Source of the DNA: Bigelowiella natans CCMP2755
Taxonomy: Eukaryota > Protista > Cercozoa
Length of the DNA: 64,000 nt
Assembly (NCBI GenBank): GCA_000320545.1
Contig: ADNK01002621.1
Coordinates: 62,001 to 126,000, forward strand
Reading direction: 5' to 3'
The notes under the pieces are model-generated. The model was not told where the DNA came from and did not search any database. It worked only from the letters and a program-made list of their open reading frames with translations. Shown in pieces: positions 58,905 to 64,000 of the stretch. A program made the translations under genes and the position numbers. Position 1 is the stretch's first letter; the number at the start of each line of letters is the position of its first letter.

Positions 58905-59880
58905 TGAAAAATAGTCAAGGACACTGATACATCGTGCGTGAAATGCAACACTAGCAGCTGCTGTGGCTTAATTTCACAAGTGGCATTGCTATTGCGACAT
59001 TACATCGTGGTAATGTTTCCAAATTACGCCAGAGTGGACGGTGTTCAAATGCGATGTACAGTCACAAGTGCATCCGTCCGATTCTGAATGCTGTGGCTTT
59101 TTATGTGGCTGAGACGTACACGAGTACAACATATCATCAGAGATGTTTTTGGCAGTGCCCTTGCGACTCCTGCGCATGCTCGTGATGGGCTCAAGGAGCT
59201 AGCAAAAAAATGGCATGAAGTCATGCATGCAAGTGATGGTGACTCTGTCTAGCTCTGAGATGTGTTTGATGAGAAACGAGTGCTCAAATGTGTCTATTAT
59301 CAAACAGATTACACGTGAGTTTTGGTGAACAGCGTCGTCAGGTTGCAATGGGACAATGGACGCTTGCCACTTGCCGCGCACACCACGCTAAGCACACATC
59401 TAGGTTATGTTACCTAGACATGCACATCGCTAAATCGTGTACGTGTGGTGCATGATTCCCACGCTAGCACGTTCGTCCACTCGTTAAAGTCTGCAAGTGC
59501 TCGTCATGCAAGCCGGTGAATGTGTATAACAAGTCCTCAATTTTCTCTGTGAAGCAGGCTGATTGAGGATCTAGAATGTGAGTCAGTCAGCGCACTGCTA
59601 TTGTTGTTGTTCACACGCACTAGCGCAGCATGTGTCCAATAAGGCTAGCTAGCTACTAGCCAGCTAGACGTCCAGGTGTGCATGTGCATTGGACGAGACA
59701 TGCAAGCACATATGCAAGCCGATGCTGTGCACTAGAGCACATCTAGGCATGAGTGCTGCAGCTTTGCGTACTTTTTTACTATGTCTATTGTGCATGCTAG
59801 CATGAACCAAAAGCATGGCATCGTGTCATATGAGTCGAACTAGCAAAGTATTTCCATATCTAGACATCATCACCGGTTGC

Positions 59881-60439
59881 TCATGCTTCATTTAGATCCC
59901 AGTTGTAGTCCGCGAACACCAGTTTTGGCTAAAACACATCAAATTGCAAATTCGATGTGTGCATCACACAATCACCGAGTTATTCGAGACGGAAAGGGGG
60001 GGGGGGGGGGGGAGAGAGCATGAGAATCAAAGGAATTATATTCGCCCGTTCGTATTATGATGCACAATCACCCAAAATATCTTACAAAAACACTTTGATG
60101 GTAGATGTAAACAAAAACCTTTGGAGCTTCCTCAAAGAAATTCTTCAAGCTTATCCCCCTCTTGCCGGTAACTCCATTCACGAGTAATTCTAACATTTGA
60201 CATCTCTAATCAATGGAAGGCAAGATGGCAGAATTGTGTTGGACAGCCGTTTGGCCAGTTGTTTTCACCGCACATGCAACAAATCTTCATAGCATACGCA
60301 TAAGTCAAATATCCATCTCACACCGTTGTCTATTAAGCTACAACATGCACACGAGTAGTACACCTTGTAGTTGCAAATCACTTCCAAAGTCAGGGCGATA
60401 CCATTGAAAAATCTTCGTTGATGAAGAAAGAAAGAGAAG

Positions 60440-60478
<39 letters not shown>

Positions 60479-60524
60479 GGACGGAGAGAATAATCGAAAC
60501 TATACCAAATAATATAAATATATA

Positions 60525-60564
<40 letters not shown>

Positions 60565-61286
60565 TAGAGTTCGGATGCAATACTAGTAGCACAACAACTA
60601 GTACTAGTATTAGTACTACTATAGGGTTTGGTGTAAGTTGAAGATTGAGGATGTGTGAGCAAGTACTAGTCTATTACTAATGTGTATGTACCTTCGAGAG
60701 TGTAAGTGTATTTGAGTTTCGATCAAAATTTACATTGCTTTCATCCGCCTGAAGTGGTAGTAAGTAGTTCAAACAGCACACACAACACAACACACACAAC
60801 ACAACACACACACACACACACACACACACACATTCACACACTATGCTACAATAAATCTGGTTAACAAAATGAAAAGCTTATTATTACACAGAACGATTCT
60901 GTGGCCGCTTGAAGTCCCATTTCAAGAGCATTTCCGGTGTACACTCTTATCGCAGGGCAGCTCTTAGCCCCACAGTTGAGAGCAAAGTGAATACGAGGGT
61001 CAGGAGGAGAAATTACCTTCAGGGGTTATTCAAAGAGACAACAGCAGGATGAATACAAAATAATGTGCACTTGTCTTGTTTTCCCAATTCCTCCATAAAT
61101 GTTCCGAGGTAGCAGTATTATTTTAAGATTCTCAAGATTGCATGAGGTGTTTGCGTGTATGTGTTTGTGTGAAACAACAACAACTACTACTACAAGCCCA
61201 ACACCACGACTACAATCAACTGGTGCTGCTGCTACTGCTTCTTCTATGCCTATTACTAAGCCTACTCTTACTGCTACTACTACTAC

Positions 61287-61319
<33 letters not shown>

Positions 61320-61752
61320 GCGACAGTCGCGGATCTCCTCCCTTGAAAGGTCCTTTTCAAGCGTAGAATTAATTTATTCGTGGTGGGTGCATGTGTATAT
61401 GTGAGAATAATTTTTTTGGTATCTTGTAGGAACTACTAGCAGACATATATCTTTCATATACCCTTCTATCTTGCATCTTGCAGGCTCATAATACAGCTAT
61501 TGTTGTAGTATTCTACACGAACAATACCACTACTACTAGTACTAGTACTCTACCAGTAGGTTTTGTGAAAGGTAGCTGAACAGATGCAGGAGATGGACGA
61601 TTACCACGTAATACACCGTTTCTAAAGGGGGGAGGAGGAGGAGGATGCAGATTACAATAGCAATTTAGCGTTTTTCTGTTTTCTAAACACTACCATCTTC
61701 TCCGTCAACAACAAAAACAGCAGCTCTTACTTCATTAATAACAACTTTTGCT

Positions 61753-61798
<46 letters not shown>

Positions 61799-62865
61799 TC
61801 GTCCCACTACTACTGCTATAACTACTACTACTACTACTACTACTACACTACTCGATATCGTTGCAAGAATATTCATTCCCAGCAATCACATATTTAGCTT
61901 CCCCATAGAACAACATACGCGCGGCCAAATTTCTAGATAAGTACCAACATGTGAATAGAGGGGTTAAGGAGTAGTTAGCGGTTTGGAGATGGAGGGAGAG
62001 AAGATTAAAAAGGCAAGAAAGATGACTAGTAGGTAGCCCAATCATCACTAAGGGTGGTAGCAGTTGGTACTGCTTATCACATATTCGGTATCATATACTG
62101 TGCGTCTAAGTCCGCTCTAAATCGATCGAGTAATAGACGTATTCTCGCTAGTTTTTCTAAACATTATCATTGTCATCGCTATCATCATCATCATCACCAT
62201 CCAGGCAGCCTGCATACCCCCCGCATTACTTATGTACTTAAAACACGTGTCGTTGTCGTCGTTGTCTTCTATAACAAGCAAACGTACGGTGGGGGCCCTC
62301 GAGCTGTCATCGCATGGACAATCAAGACATTATAGATATTGATGTAGAAGGCCATCCTCTCATCTAAGAAGAAACAACAATTCATTTCTTCATTTGCGTG
62401 CTAACAGAGGAATAATTATAAATATGCGTGTGTGCGTGTGTGTGTGTGTATGTGTGTGTAAGGAGTATATTGATACCTCGTGAGAGAACAGCTGGGTCAC
62501 TCTTAGCAAGTTGATGTGAGAGACGTACAATATCACCAAAAGCTGGATCCTTAGCCAACGCTTTGTAATCGATTGCTTTACCCCTGGTAACCAAACACCA
62601 CCTCCATCATCTTACCATCATTCAAATGCGCTAATTATAAAATGCTCACAACACAATGTCAGCGGCAGCAAGAATAGCATGAATGGCTCGTCATTCTCCT
62701 CGTGATTAGTCTTTTCAAATGTTTGTCCTCCTCCTTCATCCTTTGGCGGCTAAAAAACGACTAGGATGAAATAGATCAAGTGTTAGTACCCCTCTCGGCC
62801 ATGAGAATCCAATAGTTGGGACATCCCTCTCTGCAGCAACTCTGAAATCTTTACGTAAAAGAACA

Positions 62866-62902
<37 letters not shown>

Positions 62903-63607
62903 GGGTCAGGCATAGATCGGAGATACCATCATCATCATAGTGGGTGTTAGAGCAAGCAGGAAGAAAGGAAGCAAGAGCACGCAAAACTACAAGGATGATA
63001 CGACGCTGATGCGAAAGTACAGAAGGAAAATGAAGAAGAGACGACGGCGGGTGATATTTACAAACAATTTCGACACAATACGATTCTTGTCATCATTTAA
63101 TCACAAAAATATCACAACTAATGATGATTATGATGATGATCACGTGTGATCACCATCATCGTCATCGTCATTATTGTGACCTGAGAGGGCGGGAGAACAT
63201 GCCCTTTCCATTCGAAACATGAGTTTATGGCCTCACCTACTCTCGATAGCCCCACCATACCAGAATCAACAAGGATGACAACAACAACAACAACGACCAA
63301 CGATGGGGAAGATGAGAGAGCAGGAGGAAGAAGAGGAGGAGGAGGAGGAGAGGTATTCATTTCTTTTATCACCTCTTTTGGGAGGGGGAGGGTTCGTGGT
63401 GAATATTAGCTTTCCTCCCTTGGTCTCAGCCATGAGGTTGCTGTGAATCAACTCCTCTAACATTCCTTCGATATCAACATGATCATCTTTCTCTGGCAGG
63501 TGTTTATGCTGATGAATCAGGGCCTCAAGAACTTCGTTGCGGCTCAGTTCCGGATGTGCATCGGTGGGGGTGATGAACACTATCACCATGACATAAATGG
63601 ATAGATC

Positions 63608-63645
<38 letters not shown>

Positions 63646-64000
63646 GAAAGATGGTAAGTAAGAGTAAGAATGAGGATGATAATGGTTGCAATCATATTTG
63701 TAATAGTGCAATGTTGTGAATATTGTCAATTCTCCCTGGACACCATCTACATAGTACTACCTGTTTTGAGCTTGTCCCATGAAATGAGAATTTGCTCAGA
63801 TACATCTCGGTATGCTAGCGCCACTATCTTCTCCTTAGCATCGCCAACTCGAAGCTTTTCAATCGTTGGTGCGGGCAAAATTTTGGATTTATCAGCAGCA
63901 GAGAAGAAGCTTTTTCTTCCTCCTCCCTCTGACTGATCATCGTTATCAGATTTAACTAGAAGTGATATTGTGGCCTCGCCATCACCGACAAATGCCCCTC
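59881..64000 (-). CDS. DUF547-domain protein with an upstream DEP-like region; 5' part lies outside the window
   Basis: IDYKALAKDPAF, ERMAFYINIYNVLIVHAM, YSCNDIE|NGVLRGN, DPRIHFALNCGAKSCPAIRVY, IFQWYRPDFG and terminal DYNWDLNEA* (stop at 59881-59883). Confidence 0.88.

Overview
Intron-rich eukaryotic nuclear DNA, not prokaryotic: GT-AG introns, many filled with di- and trinucleotide microsatellites. Two genes carry a hydrophobic signal plus transit-like leader, which points to an alga with a complex plastid, most likely a chlorarachniophyte (inference). By manual exon stitching I find 16 protein-coding genes, the first and last cut by the window edges: unknown (+), WRN/EXD2-type 3'-5' exonuclease (-), THUMP-domain RNA methyltransferase (+), WNK-CCT-like+SAM protein (-), prenylcysteine oxidase (+), RPS24 (-), NOB1 (+), thylakoid-lumen FKBP (-), EF-hand/ShK/metallophosphoesterase membrane protein (+), GGCT+LCM-type methyltransferase fusion (-), NO66/RIOX JmjC oxygenase (+), NnrU-family protein (-), plastid M41-like HEAAH protein (+), FG-rich/SUMO-like/TPR/GLEBS protein (-), HMG-box+Tudor protein (+) and DEP-like+DUF547 protein (-). 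The strongest signal is architectural: all 16 genes alternate strand. The tail-to-tail spacers have a distinct sequence style rich in palindromes (CTAG tandems, CATGCTAGCATG, a shared CCTTTCTAGCTTT motif), unlike the head-to-head spacers and the introns. All gene models and domain calls come from reading the sequence and from remembered family motifs; no searches were run.
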